Assembly (NCBI GenBank): GCA_021513695.1
Contig: CP084166.1
Span: 288,001 to 352,000, forward strand
From: Candidatus Heimdallarchaeum aukensis
Lineage (GTDB): Archaea > Asgardarchaeota > Heimdallarchaeia > Heimdallarchaeales > Heimdallarchaeaceae
Direction of reading: 5' to 3'
Length of the DNA stretch: 64,000 bases
The notes below the pieces were generated by a model, which ran no database searches, was not told the origin of the DNA, and saw only the letters and a program-made list of their open reading frames with translations. The position numbers and the translations under genes were made by a program. This document shows positions 19,809 to 29,668 of this stretch, in pieces. Position 1 is the stretch's first letter, and each line of letters starts with the position of its first letter.

Positions 19809-20678
19809 TTATTTATTTCTCTCTACTATTTTTTTTTCTAATATATCAGCGATTTGTTGAATCGATAAGTGAAGTTCGGAACCTTCAGGAGCAAAATAAT
19901 TACCATTTATAGTTCGATTGTTGATTTCGTCAGAATATCGAATTTCCTTTAGAAATTCTATTTTTTTAGGTTTATACACTTCAATTATTTCCTTTTTCCA
20001 TTTTTCTAATATCTTCTCAACCTCTGGTTCTTTATCAAAAGGAGTTTGATTATAAATGAAATAAGTAGAAGGTTTTTTTGTTTTTGCAGATGATAAAACA
20101 TCAATTTCTCTATACATTTTTTTTAACATATATTTTGCCCCTTTAAAGCTAAAAGTACTTGGTCTGAGAATAAATAAATTAATATCACTAACACATAATG
20201 CGTAAAGACTTTCTATTTTCCACCCTGGTGTACAATCAAAAACTATACAATCATAACCATTCTTTTTTACAGTATTAACAAATTCTATTAATCTAAAAAA
20301 AGCATTGTCTTGAATCTCTTTCATCAAATTTAGGAGACCTGAACCGAATTCAACTTCTTCTTTGGAAACAATTACATCTAAGTTTTCTATATTAGTATAA
20401 CTAACATTATTTTTATTAAAATTCTTGTTCCCAAGCAATATATCATTAATAGTTAATTTAATTTCTTCTTTTGAGATATTAAATACATGTTGAGCAGTTC
20501 CTCCTCCTATGTCTAAATCCACAAAAAGAGTTTTTTTGTTTCTTTTTGCAAATTCTAAAGCTAAGTTAACTGAAATAGTTGTTTTTCCGGGGCCACCCTT
20601 TTGACTATGAACAGCAATAACGCTAATACGTGATCTAGGTTGATTTTCAACATCCCACTTGAATTCGCTAAGTTCCAT
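19809..20678 (-). CDS. ParA/MinD-family P-loop ATPase with a deviant Walker A motif.
   Basis: Walker A: IAVHSQKGGPGKTTISVNLA. Walker A': VDLDIGGG. Walker B: CIVFDCTPG. Confidence 0.7.
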   Translation of the reverse strand: MELSEFKWDVENQPRSRISVIAVHSQKGGPGKTTISVNLALEFAKRNKKTLFVDLDIGGGTAQHVFNISKEEIKLTINDILLGNKNFNKNNVSYTNIENLDVIVSKEEVEFGSGLLNLMKEIQDNAFFRLIEFVNTVKKNGYDCIVFDCTPGWKIESLYALCVSDINLFILRPSTFSFKGAKYMLKKMYREIDVLSSAKTKKPSTYFIYNQTPFDKEPEVEKILEKWKKEIIEVYKPKKIEFLKEIRYSDEINNRTINGNYFAPEGSELHLSIQQIADILEKKIVERNK

Positions 20679-20956
20679 CGTCGCTCAATAAAATATATAG
20701 AATTGACTTTTTAAAGTTATTTAGACATTTTTTGCTTTTTATAACTTGCTTATTATAAAAAAATAAACAATTTTTATAACCAAAATTTCAAAAATTGTGA
20801 AATTATAACAGTAATATTTATCTGTTGAAAAAACTTATTTCATTTAGATGTTTGACCCCTCTAAAGTTGAAAAGATGAAAAAAAAAATTAAGTAATATTA
20901 ACTTTTCTTCGCTTCAAGACCTTAAAAACGAAGAAATCGATGAAATTTATGAAATT

Positions 20957-22552
20957 TTGTTCTTTCTTAACTATAATGAGCGAAGCTCTGAGTTGTTTCA
21001 ATTATACAAAGAATTTCACAAATTTATTAATAATAATAATGTTTACAAAGAGAAGTCTTACATCATAAAGTATTTTCTTCTCTTAAATAACCTATATTCG
21101 CAAGCTATGTTTTTTGATCCTTCTTTACTAAATATCCTGTCAAAAGAAATAGAACAAATATCATCAAAAAGCAAAAATATTCTTGAAATCCAAGCTTTAA
21201 AATGCCGTATTGATGCTGTTGTTCTAAAGATGCAAAAAAAATTAGACCTTTCAGCCGAAAAAATTAAAGAATCATTCCGAATTGCTAAAAAGTTTAAGAA
21301 AAGTAATAGAGATATATTCTATGATATAGCTTTTTCATACCTTTCTTTCTATCCTGAGTTGATACGAAAGAATACAAAAACAGATCACTCATTCTGGAAA
21401 GAAGTTATTAATTATTTTTATAAAACAAATAAGATAAGGTCTTATTTAGTGATCAAATCTTTTTATATTCTATTTTTAATAAGACAAGCTCAAAATGATA
21501 AGGCTAAAAGCCTGATAGAAGAAGTTGAAAGAGAGAATATATTAGAAAAAGTCCATATCGAAATTAGAATAATGATAAGCTTCAGGATTGGTAAAAGTTA
21601 CTATTTATTAAAACAATATTCTCTTGCTGAAAAATACTTTGAACTTTCTTTTAAACTTCAGAAACAATCAAGACTTCTGTTTCATTATTATTTCTTTGCT
21701 CTAGAAAGTTTGAAGTTTCTAGCTCGTTCTGCTGTTTTTAAAGGAAATCTGGAAAAATCTATGAATTATTTGAAAGAATTATATCAAATACTTGCAAAAT
21801 TAAGGGGTAAAATTGAAGAAGAAACGTATGACTATTATTTTTATAAACTCTATTCTACTTTAAGATTTATTTACTATGTTATGGATAAAGACTTTTCAGA
21901 AGAAATATTCCCTAATCTAAAAGAGCAGCTGTCTAAAATAGTTAAAATAGAAGAATTCCTTTTTCTAAAAGACCAGAACTTAATAATCGAGTATTATGCA
22001 GAGAAAAATGATGAGTTGCAAAGTGCATATATTGAATCAGTGGTAGATCTACTTTTTGTTGACGATACCCCTAAAGAAGAAGTTGAAAAAAGATTATTAA
22101 AGCTACACGAAGCACTGAAAAAAAGAACTTTTACTCAAGAATTCTCCATAATAAATAAGCTAGAATCTTGTAAGATCCTTTTATCAAGAGGATTGTTTGA
22201 TTATTTCCATTCTCTGATTGAAGAGCTTGAAAGTGAAATCAAAAATACTGAAGTGATAATTTACAGAATACAATTCAAGATTTATAAACTAATTGACTTA
22301 TATCTGCAAGATAAAGCAAAAAACAAAGAAAGAGCATTACAAGGGTTATCTGAACTTGAAATTGAATGTAAGAAATTAAAGTTTATTAAAATAACTGAAG
22401 AAATAAAGATGTATAAGCTTCTTATTAATTCAGAGTATTTAGCAGAGAAACTTAAAGAAGAATTCATGAAAATTGCCTTACAAGAAGAATATGAAGAGCA
22501 ATCCAAACAATTGATACAAGAGTTCTCAAAAAATAAACAAAAAAAACTTTAG
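20957..22552 (+). CDS. Hypothetical K/E-rich helical-repeat protein, 531 aa.
   Basis: Long ORF with alpha-helical repeat character and no catalytic motifs. It is divergent from the ParA-like gene. Confidence 0.45.
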   Translation: MFFLNYNERSSELFQLYKEFHKFINNNNVYKEKSYIIKYFLLLNNLYSQAMFFDPSLLNILSKEIEQISSKSKNILEIQALKCRIDAVVLKMQKKLDLSAEKIKESFRIAKKFKKSNRDIFYDIAFSYLSFYPELIRKNTKTDHSFWKEVINYFYKTNKIRSYLVIKSFYILFLIRQAQNDKAKSLIEEVERENILEKVHIEIRIMISFRIGKSYYLLKQYSLAEKYFELSFKLQKQSRLLFHYYFFALESLKFLARSAVFKGNLEKSMNYLKELYQILAKLRGKIEEETYDYYFYKLYSTLRFIYYVMDKDFSEEIFPNLKEQLSKIVKIEEFLFLKDQNLIIEYYAEKNDELQSAYIESVVDLLFVDDTPKEEVEKRLLKLHEALKKRTFTQEFSIINKLESCKILLSRGLFDYFHSLIEELESEIKNTEVIIYRIQFKIYKLIDLYLQDKAKNKERALQGLSELEIECKKLKFIKITEEIKMYKLLINSEYLAEKLKEEFMKIALQEEYEEQSKQLIQEFSKNKQKKL

Positions 22553-22690
22553 TCTTTTTTTTACAAAGAAATGAAACTGATGAATTTAAAAAAAAATCTT
22601 TAATTATTTTGTTATAATGGACATAAAAATAAGTCCTAATTTCAATTACAAATTATTTAAGTCTCCAATTTATGCTGATACTATCAAAAA

Positions 22691-22706
22691 ATATATTTAT
22701 TAAAAA
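22691..22706 (+). promoter_or_regulatory. TATA-like element (atatatttattaaaaa) 15 to 30 nt upstream of the pilin-like gene ATG.
   Basis: Direct reading. Weak, because the background is AT-rich. Confidence 0.25.
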
Positions 22707-22720
22707 TAACTAGTTATCTC

Positions 22721-23779
22721 ATGAAACTTAATAAACTAAATAAAAGAGCAGTTTCACCAGTTATTGCAGTTGTTTTATTAATCGCTTTAGTAACTGCAGC
22801 TGTAGCTATAGTATTTTTTGTAGTTTTGCCAATGGTTCAGGGAGATCCTCAACTAGTAGTCTTAAAAATCACTCCAAGTGATACAGATGGAGACAAAAGA
22901 GTTGATACACTGATTATAGATTACCAAAATCTTGGTTCAGGAGAAGCAGTTATTTCAAGTATAATTTTGTACAAGTATAACAATTCAATGGAATGGACAG
23001 TAGATAAAACACTTCCTTATTCTCTAAAATCTAACAAGAAAGACGTAATAACTTTAACTACTTCCGACCCTACCAAACAATTAAAATATCCTGATATCGC
23101 TTATCTTGAAACTACTTACAGCGATGGAATTCTTTTAAGAACAGATATAACAATAGATTCTAGTTTCTCTCCTGTTACTTTAATCTATTCTGAAGACTTC
23201 AACTCATACTCTGACGGATACTCTCCAACTGAATGGACATATTTCCTTGTAGCACAACATAGTCCTACAGGAACACATACTATTAATGATTGGCAAGTAC
23301 AAAGTGGTTCACTCAAAGTAATGGCAAATGATTGTACCTATATTGTTCTTAATTCAAGTACAGGTTATTATTATACTAACGTGAATATGAGCTTTGACCT
23401 TAAAGCAAATGATAACGACGAACTTGGAATCATCTTTAGGTGGCAAATGGACGGAGGAAAAGAAAAATACTACTTAGTAAGCTATACCAGAGATCATGGT
23501 TTATCTGATCACTTTGGAGGAGATAATCCTACAGATGGTTATGTAACTTTATCTTATGTTGAAGACAACACCATTACTGTAATTGATAGTGCTTCATTTA
23601 GCAGAAATGACAACAGTTGGTACAATTATCGATTAGTTACAGATGGTACATCGATAAAGGTATATATCAATGATGTACTCTATATTGACACTACAAGTTC
23701 TCTTTTATCTGGAGGATATATTGGTCTTGTATCAGCTGCAATGAATGGAGCAGAATTTGATAACATTCTTGTCTGGTAA
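22721..23779 (+). CDS. Secreted protein with an archaeal class III (type IV prepilin-like) signal peptide, fused to a DUF1080-type (concanavalin/LamG-like, 3-keto-disaccharide-hydrolase-like) domain.
   Basis: N-terminus: MKLNKLNKRAVSPVIAVVLLIALVTAAVAIVFFVV, matching the KRAVSPVIA prepilin-peptidase motif plus hydrophobic helix of TIGR02537-like proteins. C-terminus: GYIGLVSAAMNGAEFDNILVW, matching the DUF1080 end motif. Confidence 0.6.
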   Translation: MKLNKLNKRAVSPVIAVVLLIALVTAAVAIVFFVVLPMVQGDPQLVVLKITPSDTDGDKRVDTLIIDYQNLGSGEAVISSIILYKYNNSMEWTVDKTLPYSLKSNKKDVITLTTSDPTKQLKYPDIAYLETTYSDGILLRTDITIDSSFSPVTLIYSEDFNSYSDGYSPTEWTYFLVAQHSPTGTHTINDWQVQSGSLKVMANDCTYIVLNSSTGYYYTNVNMSFDLKANDNDELGIIFRWQMDGGKEKYYLVSYTRDHGLSDHFGGDNPTDGYVTLSYVEDNTITVIDSASFSRNDNSWYNYRLVTDGTSIKVYINDVLYIDTTSSLLSGGYIGLVSAAMNGAEFDNILVW

Positions 23780-23845
23780 ATTTCTTTTTCTATTTTTCTT
23801 TTTTTTATTTTCACACAAAAAATTAAAGAAAAAAAAGATAAATAA

Positions 23846-24991
23846 TTAATATACTCCCAATTGTTCATCTTTTTTTAGTATTCTTCTAGGGTTCCTAATT
23901 CCGTCTCTATTGCTGTAAATACCTTTTCCTTTTATTAATTCTCCATAGTCCCCATATTGAATTAAAGCTGGTATCACACATTCGGGGCTTACTCTTTGGC
24001 TAACTACTGTTCCTTCTTCACCATAGCTCCCTCGTTGACTAATGTCATTTTCATCTTTAGTTATGAACATATTCATTCTTTCCCAAGGATAATAATCTAA
24101 ATCATAATTATCATTGGGTAATTCTGTTTGCATTGTTGGTCCAAAAAGTGATTGTCCGTAGTATCCTGCAAGAGGTAATTGTAATTCTTCTTTAACTAGT
24201 CTATGTGTCTCCTGAGACATTGGAACACCCCCATGAATAATTGCTTTAAGATTTCCTTGCTCTTTCATTTTTTTGATTATAGGATACATTTTTTCAATAA
24301 TTACACCAGTTGTAATAACAATTCCTATGTTACTGAATTCTTGTTCTATCAAATTCTGTACTTGAAAATTCATATTTTCTAGGTATAGCTTCGCTGCATT
24401 TGGATCTTTCATCATTGCGACTTTTATAAATCGAGGATCAAGGTCTATGTGATAAATCATTGATTCCATATCTCTATCCCAGTACTTTATTACCCACTTT
24501 CCAGCCATATGTGGGCCTGTAGGAAGCATTGATAAAACATTCAACCCTCTTGGGATTTTGTGTGCATCAATCATTTGTAAAGCTGCTTGACTAGCAACAG
24601 GAAAAGTAGGTGTTTCAATATCGTATGGGTCTAATTCTCCTGGGAGAAGTGTCATATCTTCTAGAAAGACAGTTTTTTTTGGCTTGCCTGTTGTTCCTCC
24701 AGTTTCAACTAAAGGAGTAGATCTATATCTATTCTTCTTTGCCCACTGAAAAGCCCATTTAGTAGTTGTATGGTAAATAGACTTTCTAAACTCATCAGGG
24801 TTTACATTGCCAAAAAACTCTGCAAGTTCAACCCAGTTTCTAACATCACCTTTTTTTACATTTTTCTCCTTTGCTAGATTAATCATCATAGGAGAGCCAT
24901 ATTGTTCATCAATAGCGATATTTACGCATTCTTCAATAAAATCACTTATTTGATTTTTACTTGCTGTTTTACTTTTGGTCTCTGTAATCAT
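23846..24991 (-). CDS. Adenylate-forming enzyme of the PaaK / coenzyme-F390-synthetase / LuxE (acyl-protein synthetase) superfamily.
   Basis: AMP-binding P-loop VETGGTTGKPKKTV, compare PaaK SSGTTGKPT and LuxE TSSGTNG. The 381 aa length resembles LuxE. Confidence 0.5.
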   Translation of the reverse strand: MITETKSKTASKNQISDFIEECVNIAIDEQYGSPMMINLAKEKNVKKGDVRNWVELAEFFGNVNPDEFRKSIYHTTTKWAFQWAKKNRYRSTPLVETGGTTGKPKKTVFLEDMTLLPGELDPYDIETPTFPVASQAALQMIDAHKIPRGLNVLSMLPTGPHMAGKWVIKYWDRDMESMIYHIDLDPRFIKVAMMKDPNAAKLYLENMNFQVQNLIEQEFSNIGIVITTGVIIEKMYPIIKKMKEQGNLKAIIHGGVPMSQETHRLVKEELQLPLAGYYGQSLFGPTMQTELPNDNYDLDYYPWERMNMFITKDENDISQRGSYGEEGTVVSQRVSPECVIPALIQYGDYGELIKGKGIYSNRDGIRNPRRILKKDEQLGVY

Positions 24992-25018
24992 TTTTTCACC
25001 AATTATTTATACCATATT

Positions 25019-25043
25019 TCATTTATAAAGAAGGAAATTTTTT
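25019..25043 (-). promoter_or_regulatory. Second copy of the 25-nt TATA-containing promoter element, about 30 nt upstream of the adenylate-forming enzyme gene.
   Basis: The 25 nt 'tcatttataaagaaggaaatttttt' are identical to 13615..13639, in the same orientation and at the same spacing relative to a minus-strand ATG. Confidence 0.5.
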
Positions 25044-25232
25044 AGAAATCACTGCAATTTTTCTGCAATTTTTTCCATAATAAATTAATTAAATAAAAGT
25101 AAACAATACTCACGAAAAGGAGAATAAAACTCTCTATTGGGTCAAACATCTTTGAGTTTTATTCTTTTTTCTTTCTTTTCTTATCAAAATATGTATCAAA
25201 CAGACATATATAAACCCAAAGAAAATAAATTA

Positions 25233-26885
25233 TCATGAAAAATAGTAAGTATTTAGAACAAGTTTATCATAGATTTCTTGATACATTGAAGCAAGAGCAG
25301 AAGTTGCTAATTCTTTTTCAAATTCTCTCGTAGTAATCTCTTCATCAGTTTTCTTTTTTAACCAATTAAGTCTAAAGATTGAAATTAGTGCTCTTCCGAT
25401 ATAGTATAGACTTAATGGTAAGGCTAAAACAATTTGGACTAAAAGTTTTAGAATATTAATTAAAGCAATTATTCCTTTTTTATCATTTTGTATCTGTAAT
25501 TTCTCATTATCTTTAGATTCTTTTTTGGTTAATTTTTTAATAAATTCTCTTTTCATTTCTTTGAATCGAGTTTTAACATAGATTTTCAAAAAATTCTTCT
25601 GTGTTTTACTTAGGAAAAATTGTGTTTCTGATTTAATATGCTTTATGTAGTCGATGAAAATTTCGACTATGGCTAGTACAGGGCCTAACAAAAAGATTAT
25701 TGTGTTTCGGAGAAAAATCAGAATCTTAAAATACCATGGATTCTCAGTAAAAAAGTCTAATATGTATCTTTGACCTCCTAAAGCTAAAGAAAAAGCTATC
25801 TGACTGAACACATTATCTGATAAATCTATATTGTATTTCTTTTCTAACTCATAAATTCCTCTTAAACTACCTGTAAGCAAAATTGAGTTATAAAATTCAT
25901 CAGAGACAAATTTATCTTTTAATTTGTTGGCTATAAAACTTAAAGCTTTTTTAGCTTCTTTGTATGTTAAGTTGTTATTTTTAGCGAATTGTTTAATTGC
26001 AGGATTTTTTTTCCATGGAAAGAAACTTGATTGCCTTTTCCAGATAAGTAAAGCAAAAGCTCGAGCAATTGAATCCTCTATTTTATGCATGTCAAGTCTT
26101 TCTTGATCAATTTTAGATAGATATTGATTAAATAACTCTTGAGTTTCTTTGCTCATATTAGCTCCGTAAATATTTAGAAAATCCATAACTCTTCGTTTGA
26201 TTGCATCTACATCTTGATGTAAATCAATTTTAAAATCTTCATAAGTTTCTTTAGAAATAGGTGGAGCATCAATAAAACGGTAAGAACTTCTAGAAGCAAG
26301 AAAAGGTAAGGCGAAGATATCTTCCAGTTTTTGGTAATAATAAGCTGCTCGATAAGCTTTATATTTAAGCATAATCATACTCATTTTGTGAAATAGCTTG
26401 AAAAACGGTCCAAAAGAGGCTGTTATTGCACTTAACATTCCTTGAACAGTACTAAAAACTAAAATTAATATTAAAGGATGAATATAGCTAAATTTCTCAA
26501 GAAAAGGTTGTTTCCATACAAATAATGGAAGAAGGACAAAGAGAGAAAAAGTAGAAAATTTATCAAAAAGTTCTCCAACACTTCGTTGGATAGGATAAGC
26601 ATCTCTTATTTTTTCTTGTTTCAAAAGAATATCATCTACTGTTTCTTGTACATTAGCTAACTCCTTTTTCTCTTTACTTGCAAGAATGGTGGAGAGATAA
26701 AGAAGATATTTTCTTTGGATATTTAAAGCAGGAACTAATTCAGTAATACTTCTTGGAATAAAGATATAGGATATAATGAGCAAAATCTTTGAAAGAACTA
26801 CAATTGGAAATAGAAGAGAGACAACAATTATTGCTAAAAAGTCTATCCACTTAGAGTGATGTTCTATCTCTTCTACTTCCGTCAT
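25233..26885 (-). CDS. Hypothetical polytopic membrane protein, 550 aa.
   Basis: Several hydrophobic helices: LAIIVVSLLFPIVVLSKILLIISYIFI, FSLFVLLPLFVW, ILILVFSTVQGMLSAITASFGPFF, IIFLLGPVLAIVEIFI. Confidence 0.45.
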   Translation of the reverse strand: MTEVEEIEHHSKWIDFLAIIVVSLLFPIVVLSKILLIISYIFIPRSITELVPALNIQRKYLLYLSTILASKEKKELANVQETVDDILLKQEKIRDAYPIQRSVGELFDKFSTFSLFVLLPLFVWKQPFLEKFSYIHPLILILVFSTVQGMLSAITASFGPFFKLFHKMSMIMLKYKAYRAAYYYQKLEDIFALPFLASRSSYRFIDAPPISKETYEDFKIDLHQDVDAIKRRVMDFLNIYGANMSKETQELFNQYLSKIDQERLDMHKIEDSIARAFALLIWKRQSSFFPWKKNPAIKQFAKNNNLTYKEAKKALSFIANKLKDKFVSDEFYNSILLTGSLRGIYELEKKYNIDLSDNVFSQIAFSLALGGQRYILDFFTENPWYFKILIFLRNTIIFLLGPVLAIVEIFIDYIKHIKSETQFFLSKTQKNFLKIYVKTRFKEMKREFIKKLTKKESKDNEKLQIQNDKKGIIALINILKLLVQIVLALPLSLYYIGRALISIFRLNWLKKKTDEEITTREFEKELATSALASMYQEIYDKLVLNTYYFS

Positions 26886-27199
26886 ATAGAGTATAAATAA
26901 GATAATACTTATTAAATTTGACTATTTAGAAATAAAGGACTTTTTATTTACATTTCAACGATTGAAATAAAGAATTTAGACACAAAATAAAAAATATAAG
27001 AAAGTGTTTTCAATTAAATAACCAGAAAGGTTGAGCAAAACATTAATTTTGTTGTTCTTAATTGTTCAAAACTAATCATTGGGACAATGGTTTTCTGCAC
27101 AATGGCTTTCTAAATTAACTATTACAAAAAGAAAACACAATACCAATAGAAAATGTCATAAATGCTTCAATAATTTGTGAGTTAATAAGTGAGTAGAGA

Positions 27200-28207
27200 A
27201 TGAGTTTAAAAGGATACATTTTACGGAGAATTTTGTACATCGTTCCCGTAATGGTTGCAATTACATTAATGAATTTCACTTTGATCAATGTAGCTCCTGG
27301 AGATCCTGTTATTGTTCGAGTAGGTCTAATTAAGTGTGAGACTCCAGAGTGCTATAATAATGCGTACAACAAAGCAGCCATCGAAATGGGGTTGATGTCT
27401 CCAAACTATTATACTGTTCCTTGGTTTGAAAGATATGTTTCTTTTATGAATGATTTGTTACATTTTGATTTTGGTAAAAGCTGGTCAAACACTCAAGGAG
27501 GAGAAGGAATACCAGTTGCGGATATTATCAAGCGTCATGCTGTATATACAGTAACATTAAACTCTTTGTCTTTTGTTCTTTCATTATTGCTTTCTACTGC
27601 AATAGGCGTTGTTTCAGCTACTAGATCTAGGTCTTTTTGGGATAAATCCTTGACTGTAGCAATGTTGTTAGGATATTCGATGCCGCTATTTTGGTTGGCA
27701 AAGTTATTAATGTATGTGAGTTTTGTTTTATTTGGATTTACAGGAGTATCAAACAAACAAGCCTTTAACAAGCCTTTATTGCTTAATCCACATTTCTACA
27801 AGTTTATGCTGTTGCCGCTACTATCTTTAACTTTAGGTGGACTAGTGTTTATGGCTAGACTAATAAGGTCACAACTATTGGAAATACTAAGGCAGGATTA
27901 CATAAAAACAGCAATGGCTAAAGGTGTAGAACAACGAGCTGTAATATATAAGCATGCTTTTAGGAATGGTTTACTACCGATAGTGACAATTATAGGGAAT
28001 TCATTACCCGGTTTACTATCTGGGTCAGTGATGATAGAAACAGTTTTTGGTTGGCCAGGGTTAGGAACTTACTTCTTAGAAGCTGCATTTATGAGAGATT
28101 TCCCCATGATGATGGCAACTAATACCATATTCCCGTTCTTGTTTCTCATAGCAAGATTACTAACAGATATAACCTATGTCTTTATAGACCCGCGAATTAA
28201 ATACTAG
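27200..28207 (+). CDS. ABC transporter permease, DppB/OppB (peptide/nickel) family. It is orphaned: no adjacent DppC, ATPase or SBP genes.
   Basis: N-terminus YILRRILYIVPVMVAITLMNFTLINVAPGDP. The EAA loop region is KTAMAKGVEQRAVIYKHAFRNGLLPIVTIIG. Confidence 0.75.
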   Translation: MSLKGYILRRILYIVPVMVAITLMNFTLINVAPGDPVIVRVGLIKCETPECYNNAYNKAAIEMGLMSPNYYTVPWFERYVSFMNDLLHFDFGKSWSNTQGGEGIPVADIIKRHAVYTVTLNSLSFVLSLLLSTAIGVVSATRSRSFWDKSLTVAMLLGYSMPLFWLAKLLMYVSFVLFGFTGVSNKQAFNKPLLLNPHFYKFMLLPLLSLTLGGLVFMARLIRSQLLEILRQDYIKTAMAKGVEQRAVIYKHAFRNGLLPIVTIIGNSLPGLLSGSVMIETVFGWPGLGTYFLEAAFMRDFPMMMATNTIFPFLFLIARLLTDITYVFIDPRIKY

Positions 28208-28277
28208 ATTTTTCTTCTTTTTTCTTTTTATTCTTATTAATCCAAATATTTAAAAAAAATTTTTAACGAGTTGATTT

Positions 28278-29660
28278 ATGGATAAAAATAAGCGAACGCT
28301 ATTTGGGTTAATGCTTTCTAGTTTTATAGTCAATTTAGGTTTTGGAGCAATAATGCCTTTTCTCTCAATATATTCTTCATTGTTTTTCTATCCTATAGAT
28401 TTAGGATTCATAATTATTCGTGAAGTTACTCAAATAGGTTTGCTTACTTCGGCAATGATGATATCTAGAGCTTTTCTTGCTCCATTTTATGGGAGAATGA
28501 GTGATAAAGAGGGAAGAAAAGCAATAATAGTTGTAGGACTTGGATTGTATGTTATTCTGACCTTTGGTTTTGGTTTGGCTACAAGTTTTTACGCTCTATT
28601 TGTTGTAAGATTTGTGCAAGGTATTGCTTCTGCTCTCGTTTGGCCTGTAGCTGAATCTGCAGTTGTAGATGTTTCAAAAGAGGAAGAAAGAGGAAGAAAT
28701 TTAGGATGGTTTATGATGAGTATGACTTTAGGTTGGTCTTTAGGACCATTTCTAAGTACTGTGCTTATTTGGTTTGCTAAATTATTTGTATCAAGTCAAA
28801 TTAAAGCTTTTCAATTCACTTTTTTTATGATGGGAGGATTATCTTTTATTGGTTTTATGATTTTTAATATACTAGTAATTGATCCCAAAACAAATAAAGC
28901 ACGAATGTCCGCTAAAGAAATTTGGACAGCAGTAGTTTTAGTAATAAAGACTACTTTTAATATATCTAATTTAGGAATACCTAGTTTTCTAAAACCTTCA
29001 TTCTGGAAAGAAAGAACTGTAAGCTTAAGAGCAGTTTTTATTATGGCTTTTTCTAATGGTTTCGGATTTGCAATGGTTTTTCCTATCTTTTCTTTATTTT
29101 TCTATCAATTTTATAATTTATCAGAAGAATTTATTGGCACAATTTTTGGAATAGTAGGATTGATAGGTGTGGTATTCAATCCTATTGGTGGATGGGTAAG
29201 TGATAGAACAAATAAAAAAGTGGTCGTGCTTTTCACTGGGTTGATTTCTGGAATTCTTATGGGTTTTGCAGGTTTTCAATTTTCAATAATGTTGATTATA
29301 GGATTGTTTACAGCAAGACAAATAGTTCAACAAATGAATATGCCTTCATTCAGAGCTTTGCAAGCAGATCTAGTAGAACCTGAAAAAAGAGGATTAGAAT
29401 TTGGTAATGTTCAAATGTTTTTTAATACTGGTTCAATTCTTGGACCTATTTTAGGCGGGATTCTCTATGATAAATTTAGTGAGCAAGAGTTTACTTTTAT
29501 GGGTCTACAAGCTTTTGGTGTTGAATATCTGTTTTTAATTACTTCTTCATTAGCAATTATTGCTACAATAGTGTTAATTATTTTTGTCAAAAAAAGAGAT
29601 TTTGTAGTAAACAAATTGAAAGAAAATAAGGAAGAATATAGCTTTATTGCTAAAGAATAA
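28278..29660 (+). CDS. Major facilitator superfamily transporter.
   Basis: 12-TM topology. MFS motif A-like GRMSDKEGRK between TM2 and TM3. Confidence 0.65.
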   Translation: MDKNKRTLFGLMLSSFIVNLGFGAIMPFLSIYSSLFFYPIDLGFIIIREVTQIGLLTSAMMISRAFLAPFYGRMSDKEGRKAIIVVGLGLYVILTFGFGLATSFYALFVVRFVQGIASALVWPVAESAVVDVSKEEERGRNLGWFMMSMTLGWSLGPFLSTVLIWFAKLFVSSQIKAFQFTFFMMGGLSFIGFMIFNILVIDPKTNKARMSAKEIWTAVVLVIKTTFNISNLGIPSFLKPSFWKERTVSLRAVFIMAFSNGFGFAMVFPIFSLFFYQFYNLSEEFIGTIFGIVGLIGVVFNPIGGWVSDRTNKKVVVLFTGLISGILMGFAGFQFSIMLIIGLFTARQIVQQMNMPSFRALQADLVEPEKRGLEFGNVQMFFNTGSILGPILGGILYDKFSEQEFTFMGLQAFGVEYLFLITSSLAIIATIVLIIFVKKRDFVVNKLKENKEEYSFIAKE

Positions 29661-29668
29661 AATAGTGA

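Noticed and set aside
19809-20678. The ParA/MinD-like ATPase as part of a plasmid partition system or a pilus or archaellum assembly system.
   Set aside because: There is no parB-like, centromere-repeat, or flaHIJ/pilBC gene nearby. It is treated as an orphan MinD/ParA-family ATPase.
12157-24991. Calling the LuxC-like and LuxE-like genes a bioluminescence system.
   Set aside because: There are no luxA/luxB luciferase genes in the window. LuxC/E homologs function as a fatty-acid reductase in non-luminous organisms.
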